DNA of 64,000 nucleotides, from NCBI GenBank assembly GCA_963668695.2, contig CAXXLQ010000004.1:2880001-2944000 (forward strand), written 5' to 3'. Every line of letters begins with the position of its first letter. Position 1 is the stretch's first letter. Shown one piece after another: positions 1 to 11,159 of this stretch. The notes below the pieces were generated by a model that was not told the origin of the DNA, ran no database searches, and worked only from the letters and a program-made list of their open reading frames with translations. A program made the translations under genes and the position numbers. This DNA is from Vicinamibacteria bacterium (GTDB lineage: Bacteria; Acidobacteriota; Vicinamibacteria; Marinacidobacterales; Marinacidobacteraceae).

Positions 1-1
1 G

Positions 2-2107
<2,106 letters not shown>

Positions 2108-2116
2108 GCTCCGGGT

Positions 2117-2311
2117 ATGGCTGGCTTCCTCCTCTGGCTCCTGCTCTTGATCATCTGCTGGCCGCTCGCGCTGCTGGCGCTCCTGCTCTATCCGCTCGTC
2201 TGGTTGCTACTGCTCCCCTTCCGGTTGCTGGGCGTTGCCGTAGACGGGGTTTTCTCGCTGCTCGGCGCGATGCTGCGCCTGCCGGCCCGAGTGCTCGGCG
2301 GGCCCGGGTAA
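2117..2311 (+). CDS. small hydrophobic membrane protein (64 aa)
   Basis: Leu-rich ORF filling the gap between ligA and the amidase on the same strand; TAAGCT lies 6 nt before the ATG. Confidence 0.65.
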   Translation: MAGFLLWLLLLIICWPLALLALLLYPLVWLLLLPFRLLGVAVDGVFSLLGAMLRLPARVLGGPG

Positions 2312-2329
2312 GGCTCGGAGGAGGATTCG

Positions 2330-3949
2330 ATGTCCGAACTCCGGGTGGCCGCCGCCGAGGAGCGCGCCGCAGCCCTCCGGATCGAACTGGAGGCGGTGAG
2401 GCGCCTGCTCGCCGGACTGCCGGATCCTCCGGAGCCGCTCACCTCCGGCGAGCTGGCCGCGCGTGCCCTGGCTCCGGTTGCGAGGCGCCCGATCCGGCAG
2501 ATCCCGATCCGGCAGATGCCGGCCCGGCAGATCCCGACCCGGCAGATCCCCGCACCGCCGGCGGATTCCGCACCCGGGACCATCGCCGCCGCGCGGTCCG
2601 GGCTGGCTGCGGGCCGCATCTCGCCGGTGGACCTGGTGGAGGAGGCGCTCGAACGGGCGCGGGCGTCCGAAGGACTCGGGGCGTTTCTTCTCCTCCGGGA
2701 GGAGGAGGCGCTCGCCGAGGCGCGCCGCGCGACCGAGTCGTTCGCAGCGGTCGGGCGGGGCGAGGCCGGCGCGCGCCCGCTCCTCGGGATTCCGCTCAGC
2801 GTCAAGGACATCGTTGACGTTGCCGGATTGACCACCACCTCGGGGTCGAAGTTCCCGCACGAGGCGACCCGGAGCGCACCGGCCTGGCAGGCGCTCGCCG
2901 ACGCCGGGGCCATTCTGCTCGGCAAGAACAACCTGCAGGAGTTCGCCTTCGGGGTCAGCGGCGACAACCCGACCTTCGGCCGCACGCGAAACCCCCACGA
3001 TCCGGGGCGCATCCCGGGTGGGTCGTCTTCGGGTTCGGCGGTGGCGGTGGCCGCCGGCGTCGGCTACGGATCGGTCGGGAGCGACACGGGAGGCTCCATC
3101 CGGATCCCGGCGGGGCTCACCGGGGTTTTCGGATTGAAGCCGTCGTACGGCGTCGTCTCGCGGGCCGGGGTTACGCCGCTGTCGTGGAGCCTCGACCACG
3201 TCGGGCCGATCGCCCGGAGCGCGGGCGACATCGCCGCCCTCTTCGAGGCACTTTCCGCCGTGCCGGCGGTGCCGCCGCCGAGCCGTGGGCGGGAGGACTC
3301 GCAGCCGCTCGCGGGACTGCGGGTCGGAGTTCCCCTCGATTTCTTCTACACCGACCTGAGCCGGGACGCCCGCCGGGCGGCGGAGAGTGTGGTGGCGGAC
3401 CTCGTCGGGCTCGGTGCCGAACGCATCGAGGTGCGGATCCCGGAAGTGGAACTGGGCGGCGTATGCCGCAACGTGCTCGCCTTCACGGAGGCCGCGGCGG
3501 TGCATCGCGAGCGGCTCGCCGCGCGGCCGGACGACTTCAGCGAGGACGTGCGCCGGCTCCTGGAACTCGGCGGCGTGCTGTCCGCCGGCGACCTCCTCAC
3601 GGCGCTCTGCTGCCGGCGATTCGTCACCGACGCCTTCACCCGGCTGTTCGACACCGTGGACATCCTGGCGGTTCCGACCACGCCCGCGGGGGCTCCGGAA
3701 GCGGGGGAGCCGCTGCTGGCCACCGGGGAAGAGATCCGTCCCGGACTCATCCGGCTGGTCGGCCCTTTCAACTTCACGGGCCTGCCCGCGCTTCAGGTTC
3801 CGGCAGGGTTCGATGCGCTCGGGATGCCGCTCGGGGCGCAGCTCGTTGCCGGCCCCGGGCAGGACGTCACGGCGATCCGGGTGGCGGCGTGGTTGGAAAC
3901 GAGCGGCGCCATCCGGGCGCGCCCGCCGCCCTTCGGAACGTCAATCTGA
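2330..3949 (+). CDS. amidase signature family protein
   Basis: SVKD, GGSSSGSA and GSDTGGSIRIPA motifs (Lys-cisSer-Ser triad); GGAGGAGG SD upstream. Confidence 0.92.
   Translation: MSELRVAAAEERAAALRIELEAVRRLLAGLPDPPEPLTSGELAARALAPVARRPIRQIPIRQMPARQIPTRQIPAPPADSAPGTIAAARSGLAAGRISPVDLVEEALERARASEGLGAFLLLREEEALAEARRATESFAAVGRGEAGARPLLGIPLSVKDIVDVAGLTTTSGSKFPHEATRSAPAWQALADAGAILLGKNNLQEFAFGVSGDNPTFGRTRNPHDPGRIPGGSSSGSAVAVAAGVGYGSVGSDTGGSIRIPAGLTGVFGLKPSYGVVSRAGVTPLSWSLDHVGPIARSAGDIAALFEALSAVPAVPPPSRGREDSQPLAGLRVGVPLDFFYTDLSRDARRAAESVVADLVGLGAERIEVRIPEVELGGVCRNVLAFTEAAAVHRERLAARPDDFSEDVRRLLELGGVLSAGDLLTALCCRRFVTDAFTRLFDTVDILAVPTTPAGAPEAGEPLLATGEEIRPGLIRLVGPFNFTGLPALQVPAGFDALGMPLGAQLVAGPGQDVTAIRVAAWLETSGAIRARPPPFGTSI
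2494..2551 (+). repeat. in-frame 15-bp tandem repeat x4 (CCGGCAGATCCCGAN) encoding RQIPx
   Basis: Visible in DNA and in protein (RQIPI RQMPA RQIPT RQIPA). Confidence 0.85.
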
Positions 3950-3953
3950 CTGC

Positions 3954-4138
3954 TAGCAGCCGGTGGGCAAAGTGACGTGAGCGCCGAGAGCGGTGAGGCG
4001 CCCGGCTGACAAGGCGCGTGAGGGAGGAATACCGGGTGTATTTCGACCGAAGCGCAACGATGAGCGGCGCGAAGCGACGCGTTTCAGCCGGGATGGATCG
4101 CCGCTCGAACGCCGTGTGGGTTTTGCCACAGGCTGCTA
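3954..4138 (-). mobile_element. TA-flanked MITE-like element, main family, reverse orientation; partial internal duplication follows at ~4144-4172
   Basis: Ends TAGCAGCCGGTGG ... CCACAGGCTGCTA; interior is the reverse complement of the copy at ~36860-37007. Confidence 0.85.
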
Positions 4139-4289
4139 AGCAGCGCGTTTCAGCCGGGATGGATCGCCGCTCGCTTCCGGAGCGGGGCGCTAGCACCGCG
4201 GAGACCCCGGAGCGGAAGAGACGGGGGACGGGGCTGCCCGACCCCCATCTCTGCTGGCTCGGGAACGCCGCGTGACCTTGTCTACCGGC

Positions 4290-4298
4290 TGCTAAATT
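4290..4298 (+). promoter_or_regulatory. extended -10-like TGcTAAATT at a MITE-end remnant upstream of fabI
   Basis: TTGTCTACCGGCTGCTA resembles the MITE terminus; hexamer is 9 nt before the GTG. Confidence 0.4.
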
Positions 4299-4307
4299 GG
4301 GAGCAAC

Positions 4308-5105
4308 GTGCTACTGGAAAAGAAACGAGGGCTGATCGTCGGGGTCGCGAACCACCGCTCCTTTGCGTGGGGCATCGCCCGGTCTACGGCGCGCGAGGGC
4401 GCCGAGCTCGCCCTCAGCTTCCAGAACGAGCGGCTCCAGCGCAATGTGGACAAGCTGGCGGCCGGGCTCCCGGGGACCATCACCTTTCCGCTCGACGTCT
4501 CGAGCGAAGAGCAGTTGGAGCGCGCGGTCGAGACCGTCCGGGAACGTTTCGGCGGGCTTGACTTCCTGGTCCACGCCGTCGCCTACGCGCTGCGCGAGGA
4601 CCTCAAGGGCGATTTCGTTTCCACCTCCCGCGAAGGGTTCCGGGTGGCCCACGACATCTCGGTCTATTCGCTGACGGCGCTGGTCCGGCACTTCGCGCCG
4701 CTGCTCGAGGCGGACGGAGGCGGTTCGGCCCTGACCCTCAGCTACCTGGGAGGCGAGCGGGCGGTTCCCCACTACAACGTGATGGGGGTGGCCAAGGCGG
4801 CGCTCGAGTCCTCGGTCCGTTACCTGGCCAGCGACCTGGGTCCGCGCGGCGTTCGGGTGAACGCGATTTCGGCAGGCCCGGCAAAGACGCTCGCCGCCTC
4901 GGGAGTCTCCGGAATCGGAAAAATGGTGGAGCACTACCGCGAATACGCGCCGCTCCGCGCCGGCACCGATCCGATGGAAGTGGGAGACGCGGCGGCGTTC
5001 CTCCTGTCCGACGCCGCGCGCGGAATTACCGGCGAAGTGCTGCATGTGGACAGCGGATTTCACGCGCTGGGCGCGACGATTCCCGGATTGGGCGTTGGGG
5101 CCTAG
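4308..5105 (+). CDS. fabI: enoyl-ACP reductase (NADH)
   Basis: GVANHRSFAWGIA, YNVMGVAKAALES (YxxxxxxK), VNAISAGP, ITGEVLHVDSG. Confidence 0.95.
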   Translation: MLLEKKRGLIVGVANHRSFAWGIARSTAREGAELALSFQNERLQRNVDKLAAGLPGTITFPLDVSSEEQLERAVETVRERFGGLDFLVHAVAYALREDLKGDFVSTSREGFRVAHDISVYSLTALVRHFAPLLEADGGGSALTLSYLGGERAVPHYNVMGVAKAALESSVRYLASDLGPRGVRVNAISAGPAKTLAASGVSGIGKMVEHYREYAPLRAGTDPMEVGDAAAFLLSDAARGITGEVLHVDSGFHALGATIPGLGVGA

Positions 5106-5116
5106 CGGACAAGGCG

Positions 5117-6412
5117 ATGACCGATCCGACCCGGAACGCTGAAGAGCGGGGAGATCCGCGATTTCCGACGGGGAACGGCAACGTTCCCACCACGAAGGCG
5201 CTGATTTACGACTGGAATCGGCCGGATCCCGACAACGCCTGGTTCCCGCCCAAACCGGTCCTGCTGAACGACGAGACGCTCCGGGACGGGCTCCAGAGCC
5301 CGTCGGTCGTGTCGCCCTCGCTCGAGAACAAGGCGAAGGTGCTCCACCTGATGGAGTCGCTGGGGATTCACTCGGCCGACATCGGGCTTCCCGCCGCCGG
5401 CCCGCACGTGGAGGAGCAGGTCCTGCATCTCGCCCGGGAGATCGTGGACAACCGGATGAAAATTCGTCCCAACTGCGCGGCGCGCACGGTCATCTCCGAC
5501 ATCGAGCCGATTGCGCGGGTGGCCGACAAGGTCGGCATACCGATCGAGGTCGCGATGTTCATCGGGTCGAGTCCCATCCGCCAGTACGCCGAGGATTGGA
5601 ACCTCGATCTGCTGCTCCGCCACACCGAAAAGGCGGTGTCGTGGGCGGTCGCCCACGGCGTGCCGCCGATGTATGTGACCGAGGACACCACCAGGGCGCG
5701 TCCCGAGAGCATCCGCCGGCTCTACACGGCGGCGATCGAGGCGGGGGCGCGGCGCGTGGTGGTCTGCGACACCGTGGGGCACGCAACCCCGGACGGAGTC
5801 ACGCGCCTGCTGCGTTTCGTTCGCGGGGTGATCGATGACACCGGAGAGGACGTCCAGCTCGACTGGCACGGGCACCGGGACCGGGGACTGTCCGTCCCGA
5901 ACAGCCTCACCGCGATCGAAGCCGGCGCCGACTGCGTTCACGGGACCGCGATCGGCATCGGGGAGCGCTGCGGCAACGCGCCGATGGATCAGTTGCTCGT
6001 GAACCTGCGCCTCCTCGGGTGGATCGACAACGACCTGACCCACCTGGCCGACTATTGCCAGACGGTTGCCGAAGCCACTTCGACCCGCATCCCGCCCGGC
6101 TATCCGGTGGTTGGGAAGGACGCCTTTCGGACGGGGACCGGCGTGCACGCCGCGGCCATCATCAAGGCGATGGCCAAGGGCGACGAATGGCTGGCGGACC
6201 GCGTCTATTCGGGCGTCCCGGCCGGGGACTACGGCCTCCACCAACAAGTCGAGGTCGGCCCCATGAGCGGCCTTTCGAACGTCATCTACTGGCTGCAAAA
6301 GCATGGACACGAGCCGACCGACGAGTTGAAGCACCGGATCTTTCGCGCGGCCAAGGACGCGCGACGGCTGCTGACCGATGACGAAATCGAGGCGCTGATC
6401 GCGTCCCCCTGA
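5117..6412 (+). CDS. 2-isopropylmalate/homocitrate/citramalate synthase family (DRE-TIM) enzyme without C-terminal regulatory domain
   Basis: DETLRDGLQ, CDTVG, HGHRDRG, GIGERCGN; ends after the post-catalytic helices (431 aa). Confidence 0.85.
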   Translation: MTDPTRNAEERGDPRFPTGNGNVPTTKALIYDWNRPDPDNAWFPPKPVLLNDETLRDGLQSPSVVSPSLENKAKVLHLMESLGIHSADIGLPAAGPHVEEQVLHLAREIVDNRMKIRPNCAARTVISDIEPIARVADKVGIPIEVAMFIGSSPIRQYAEDWNLDLLLRHTEKAVSWAVAHGVPPMYVTEDTTRARPESIRRLYTAAIEAGARRVVVCDTVGHATPDGVTRLLRFVRGVIDDTGEDVQLDWHGHRDRGLSVPNSLTAIEAGADCVHGTAIGIGERCGNAPMDQLLVNLRLLGWIDNDLTHLADYCQTVAEATSTRIPPGYPVVGKDAFRTGTGVHAAAIIKAMAKGDEWLADRVYSGVPAGDYGLHQQVEVGPMSGLSNVIYWLQKHGHEPTDELKHRIFRAAKDARRLLTDDEIEALIASP

Positions 6413-6440
6413 TCGCGTCCCCCTGATCGCGTCCCCCTGA
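6395..6440 (+). repeat. 14-bp tandem repeat x3 (CTGATCGCGTCCCC) spanning the stop codon
   Basis: Exact copies at 6395, 6409 and 6423, plus a partial CTGA. Confidence 0.9.
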
Positions 6441-6477
6441 CGGGACGCGTCGGGTTTGTCCGGCCGGCTATTGCCAC

Positions 6478-7221
6478 TAGTGTCATGTCACATGTGATAT
6501 GTCGTATTTGACGGTAGCCTGCTCGTCGCCCAACGAGGGCGAGGAGGCCGCAATCCCCGCAGGGCAACGCGGACTTCGCGGCGGCGATGGAGCGAGTGCT
6601 GGATGTCTATCGGCGTCCCTACGATGCGGCCTTTCCGGTCGTGTGCATGGACGAGACGCCCCGGCAACTGATCGGGGAGACCCGGGTGCCCATCCCGTCG
6701 GCACCGGGGCGGGCGCTGCGCCAGGACTACGAGTATCGGCGCTGCGGAACCTGCAACGTGTTCATGGCGAGCGAGCCTCTGGCTGGGCGGCGCATGACCA
6801 AGGTCACGGCCCGGCGAACCAAGACCGACTGGGCGCACTTCCTCAACGACATCGCCAAGCGGCACCCCGATGCCAAGCGGATCACGCTGGTGATGGACAA
6901 CCTCAGGCACGCACCGCCCCGGCGCCTTCTACGAGACCTTTCCCCCGGCACGAGCCAAGGCGCTGTGGGACCGCTTTGAGTTCGTCTACACCCCCAAGCA
7001 CGGCAGTTGGCTCAACGTCGCCGAGGTCGAACTCAATGTCCTGATCCGTCAGTGCCTCAACCGTCGCATTGACTCCCTCGAGACCCTGCGCGACGAGGTC
7101 GCGGCCTGGCAGGCGTCCCGAGACCGCATCCAGGCCAAGGTCAACTGGCAGTTCACCACGGACGATGCCCGCGTCAAGCTGAAACGCCTCTACCCGACAC
7201 TTGATGAATGACAGGACACTA
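6478..7221 (+). mobile_element. IS630-family element, internally deleted (740 bp between flanking TAs)
   Basis: TA-GTGTCATGTCA left end (6480-6490) and TGACAGGACAC-TA right end (7209-7219) are inverted repeats with 1 mismatch, both in a CTAG context; DDE transposase remnant inside. Confidence 0.9.
6587..7211 (+). pseudogene. IS630 transposase DDE domain; N-terminal HTH part missing; frameshift near 6905
   Basis: MERVLDVY...VVCMDE...DYEYRRCGT...LVMDNL, then in another frame FEFVYTPKHGSWLNVAEVEL...VNWQFTTDDARVKLKRLYP; stop overlaps the right IR. Confidence 0.9.
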
Positions 7222-8584
7222 GTGCGACATGTTCGGCTCCAACCGAACCCGCTAGAGCGACATGTTCCCGGGCAGATCCTGCTAGTGCGACATGTTCCGA
7301 TCCAGCCGGCCCGGCTAGTGCGACATGTTCCCCCGGGCAGATCCGGCTACTGCGACATGTTCGGCTCCAGCCGATCCCGCTACTGCGACATGTTTCCCGG
7401 GCAGATCCGGCTACTGCGACATGTTTCCCGGGCAGATCCGGCTACTGCGACATGTTCGGCTCCAGCCGATCCCGCTACTGCGACATGTTCCCCCCGTAGA
7501 TCCGGCTATTGCGACATGTTCGGCTCCAGCCGATCCCGCTAGAGCGACATGTTCCCCCCGCCGAACCGGTTAGAGCGACATGTTCGGCTCCAGCCGACCC
7601 CGCTAGAGCGACATGTTCCCCGGGCAGATCCGGTTAGTGCGACATGTTCGCCTCCAGCCGATCCCGCTAGAGCGACATGTTCCCCCCGCAGATCCGGTTA
7701 GTGCGACATGTTCGGCTCCAGCCGATCCCGCTAGAGCGACATGTTCCCCGGCAGATCCGGCTAGTGCGACATGTTCGGCTCCAGCCGATCCCGCTAGAGC
7801 GACATGTTCCCCCCGCAGAACCGGTTAGAGCGACATGTTCGGCTCCAGCCGATCCCGCTAGAGCGACATGTTCCCCGGCAGATCCCGCTAGTGCGACATG
7901 TTCGGCTCCAGCCGATCCCGCTAGAGCGACATGTTCCCCGGCAGAACCCGCTACTGCGACATGTTCGGCTCCAGCCGACCCCGCTAGAGCGACATGTTCC
8001 CCGGCAGATCCGGCTAGTGCGACATGTTCGGCTCCAGCCGACCCCGCTAGAGCGACATGTTCCCCCCGCAGATCCGGCTAGTGCGACATGTTGGGCTCCA
8101 GCCGATCCCGCTAGAGCGACATGTTCCCCGGCAGATCCCGCTAGTGCGACATGTTCGGCTCCAGCCGACCCCGCTAGAGCGACATGTTCCCCCCGCAGAT
8201 CCGGCTAGTGCGACATGTTCGGCTCCAGCCGATCCCGCTAGAGCGACATGTTCCCCGGCAGATCCGGCTAGTGCGACATGTTCGGCCCCGGCCTCCAGCG
8301 GTTAGTGCGACATGTTCGGCCCCAGCCGATCCCGCTAGAGCGACATGTTCCCCGGCAGATCCCGCTAGAGCGACATGTTCGGCTCCAGCCGATCCCGCTA
8401 GAGCGACATGTTCCCCGGCAGGCTAGAGCGACAGCCGATCCCGCTAGAGCGACATGTTCGGCTCCAGCCGATCCCGCTAGAGCGACATGTTCCCCGGCCG
8501 ATCCCGCTAGAGCGACATGTTCGGCTCCAGCCGATCCCGCTAGAGCGACATGTTCCCCCCGCAGATCCGGCTACTGCGACATGT
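7219..8584 (+). repeat. tandem array of 44 units, mostly alternating A (33 bp, YTAnnGCGACATGTT-CGGCTCCAGCCGATCCCG) and B (30-31 bp, CTAGAGCGACATGTT-CCCCGGCAGATCCGG)
   Basis: Counted by hand from the GCGACA core; units 38-39 and 44 are truncated; all begin with YTA (31 CTAG, 7 CTAC, 5 TTAG, 1 CTAT). Confidence 0.95.
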
Positions 8585-8698
8585 CAGGCGTCCCGAGACC
8601 GCATCCAGGCCAAGGTCAACTGGCAGTTCACCACGGACGATGCCCGCGTCAAGCTGAAACGCCTCTACCCGACACTTGATGAATGACAGGACACTAGT
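8585..8698 (+). mobile_element. exact 114-bp duplicate of the IS630 3' end including right IR and TA
   Basis: 8585-8698 is identical to 7110-7223 (offset 1475). Confidence 0.92.
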
Positions 8699-8738
8699 AG
8701 CGGTCCGCCGATCCGGGGATCGCCGCTGTTCGTGGCGG

Positions 8739-9620
8739 CTACCGCCGCGAGAGGACGGTAGCCACGCCCTCGTGGATGAGACGCGCGGCGAGGATCAGCG
8801 TCCGGTGGTCGCGGTCGTCCGGACAAGCCTCCACGACATCCATCCCCAGGAGGCGGCGCCCCGAAGTTGCGATTTCCTTGACGAGCTCGAGCCCCGCCCG
8901 CGCCGACAGCCCGCCCGGAACCGGATGGGCCACCGCCGGGGCGAAGGCCGGGTCGAACCCGTCCATATCCACCGTCAGGTAGATCGCGGCACCCTCCGGG
9001 AGGTGGGACAGGAGCGCCGTTCGCCTCTCCGCCTCCCAGGCCGGAATCTGCGTGACCCGGCCACCCGACGACTCCCGGATCCCGCGCTGCACCGAGGTCT
9101 CGGTACGGACTCCGATCTGGGTGATGCTCGCCACGTGCGGCATTTCCAGCAGGCGGGCGGCAACGCAGGCGTGGGAGTCCGGGTTGCCCTCGAAGTCCGG
9201 ATACATGTCGGGATGGGCGTCCCACTGGACCACCTGGATCGGACCTCGTCCCGCGTAGGCGGCCACCAGCGCGGGGGTGATCGCGTGGTCGCCCCCGAGG
9301 ATGAAGGGAGTCCGGCCCCGTGCGAGTTCCGCCTCGATCGCGGCCCGATACCGCGCGGCGTTCTCCCGGAAACCCGCACCGTCCGGCCCCAGGTCGCCAA
9401 CGTCCGCAACACTCCCCGCGCAGTCCACCCCGCTCTCGGAGACCGGGTTGTAGCAGGCGCCGTCGTAGGCGGCGCGGATCGCGGGCGGCGCCTCGGCGCA
9501 GCGATCGCGGTAGGTGGACTGGGTCGCGTCCATGACGCCGAGCAGGGAGACGGAGGAATGTTCGGCGTCCGCGCCGGCCGCGATCAGACCCCCAAACGGG
9601 ATTCTGGTTGGTTCGTGCAC
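8739..9620 (-). CDS. ureohydrolase (agmatinase/arginase family)
   Basis: LGGDHAI, WDAHPD and TVDMDGFDP metal ligands; start placed at GTG 9620 to avoid overlap with the divergent gene. Confidence 0.9.
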   Translation of the reverse strand: MHEPTRIPFGGLIAAGADAEHSSVSLLGVMDATQSTYRDRCAEAPPAIRAAYDGACYNPVSESGVDCAGSVADVGDLGPDGAGFRENAARYRAAIEAELARGRTPFILGGDHAITPALVAAYAGRGPIQVVQWDAHPDMYPDFEGNPDSHACVAARLLEMPHVASITQIGVRTETSVQRGIRESSGGRVTQIPAWEAERRTALLSHLPEGAAIYLTVDMDGFDPAFAPAVAHPVPGGLSARAGLELVKEIATSGRRLLGMDVVEACPDDRDHRTLILAARLIHEGVATVLSRR

Positions 9621-9662
9621 GCCGGTATGTTGGCAGCACGCGGCATTTAAGCTCCCGGGAAG

Positions 9663-11159
9663 ATGGCTGCTCCGCCGCGCCCCGCCGCGTCCGTGATGCT
9701 CACCCGCGGCGACGAAGTGCTCCTGGTTCGGCGCTCGCCGCGCCTCAAGGCGTTCGCGAACCTGTGGGCGTTCCCCGGCGGGACGCTTTCCGAAGGGGAT
9801 TGGGGGATCCCCGTCAGCGGCGCACCGGATGCCGAGATGGCAACCCGGATAGCGGCCGCGGTGCGCGAGGTGTTCGAGGAGACCGGGGTATTCCTGGGGC
9901 AGGGCAGGAGGCCTCTTTCGGTGTCCGACCGGGACGAACTCCGCCAGGCCCTGCTCGCCGGCGAGATTGGACTCGAGGAGGTCCTCGAAGGCTTCGGTGC
10001 GGAAATCGATGCCTCGCACTTCGCCCCGGTCGAAGAACTCGTGACGCCGGAATCGGCCCCCTTCCGGTTCGACACCCGCTTCTACCGGCTCCCGCTACCG
10101 GACGGCGCCGAACCGTCGGTGTGGCCCGGGGAGATCGTCGATCAGGCCATGCTCCGTCCCGAGGCGGCGCTCGCTCGTTGGCGCGGCGGAGAGATGGCGC
10201 TGGCGCCGCCCATCATTGGCCTCCTGGAGCGGTGGTCTCCCGACGATGGAGTCTTTCGGGATCGCAACCGGGAGGCGGCCCGCCTGCGGCCGGCGGTCCG
10301 CTATTCGCCCGGCATCGCGGTGGTCCCCTGCCGGACGCGCACTCTGCCGCCCGCGACCCACACGAACAGCGTCCTCATCGGCACCTCACGCCGCTACCTG
10401 GTGGACCCTGCCGCGGAAGACCGGGCGGAGCGGCGCGAGCTGTTCGAAATGGTCGACCGGCAGCTCGGACCGGGAGACCGGCTCGAGGCGGTTCTCGTCA
10501 CCCATCACCACCGCGACCACATCGGGTCGGTTTCCGCGGCGTCGTCACGCTATGGGGTTCCGGTCGGGGCCCATCCGGAGACCCTCGCCCGGATCCCGGC
10601 GCCTCCCGGGGGCGTCATCGAACTCGGCGAGGGAGACGCGCTCGACCTCGGAGACGCCCCCGACGGGTCGTCCGGCTGGACGCTCGGGGTGCGGTTCGTG
10701 CCCGGACACGCTCCGGGACATCTTGCCTTCGTGGAGAGCCGCTACGGAGCGATGGTGGTGGGCGACATGGTCTCCTCGCTGTCCTCCATCCTCATTTCGC
10801 CGGAAGACGGGGATCTCGGCCAATACCTGGATTCACTGCGCCGCCTGGCGGCCGAATGCCGGGGGATCGTGTACCCGGCGCACGGGGTACCGGTGGTGGC
10901 CGGCGATGAGCTGCTGGGCGGCCAGCTCCGCCACCGGGAAGCCCGCGAAGCCAGTCTGCTCGCCGCGCTGGAACCCGCGCCCGCCCGCCTTCGGGACATC
11001 GGGCTCAGGGTCTATCCGCCGGCAGAGATTCCCCGCTGGGGTCCCGCCCGCGAGCTGGCGGAGGTCGCGCTCACCTCGGGCCTTCTGAAACTGCAACGCG
11101 AAGGCCGCGCCGCCCACGACGGCGGGCAGTGGCGCCTCAGAGAAGCGGTCAGTCCGTAA
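9663..11159 (+). CDS. NUDIX-domain plus metallo-beta-lactamase-fold (LACTB2-like) fusion
   Basis: WAFPGG...AAVREVFEETG Nudix box; THHHRDHIG, GH..GH, GD and PAHG MBL motifs. Confidence 0.88.
   Translation: MAAPPRPAASVMLTRGDEVLLVRRSPRLKAFANLWAFPGGTLSEGDWGIPVSGAPDAEMATRIAAAVREVFEETGVFLGQGRRPLSVSDRDELRQALLAGEIGLEEVLEGFGAEIDASHFAPVEELVTPESAPFRFDTRFYRLPLPDGAEPSVWPGEIVDQAMLRPEAALARWRGGEMALAPPIIGLLERWSPDDGVFRDRNREAARLRPAVRYSPGIAVVPCRTRTLPPATHTNSVLIGTSRRYLVDPAAEDRAERRELFEMVDRQLGPGDRLEAVLVTHHHRDHIGSVSAASSRYGVPVGAHPETLARIPAPPGGVIELGEGDALDLGDAPDGSSGWTLGVRFVPGHAPGHLAFVESRYGAMVVGDMVSSLSSILISPEDGDLGQYLDSLRRLAAECRGIVYPAHGVPVVAGDELLGGQLRHREAREASLLAALEPAPARLRDIGLRVYPPAEIPRWGPARELAEVALTSGLLKLQREGRAAHDGGQWRLREAVSP

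Noticed and set aside
6480-7219. This IS630 as the transposase source for the dispersed MITEs
   Set aside because: Its IRs (GTGTCATGTCA) do not match the MITE TIR (RCAGCCKGTGG), and the transposase is truncated and frameshifted
7225-7234. Core CGACATGTTC resembles a eukaryotic p53 half-site
   Set aside because: Short palindromic match, no paired half-sites, and no supporting context in a bacterial chromosome
7219-8584. CRISPR array or TIGR-like guide array
   Set aside because: Inter-core segments are only two recurring 15-18 bp types with point variants, not unique spacers; no cas or Nop-domain gene in the window
7201-8686. ORFs with repeats such as RHVRLQPIPLE and ATCSAPADPAR
   Set aside because: They are translations of the DNA repeat; 31-bp units repeatedly break the frame, so no continuous protein is maintained
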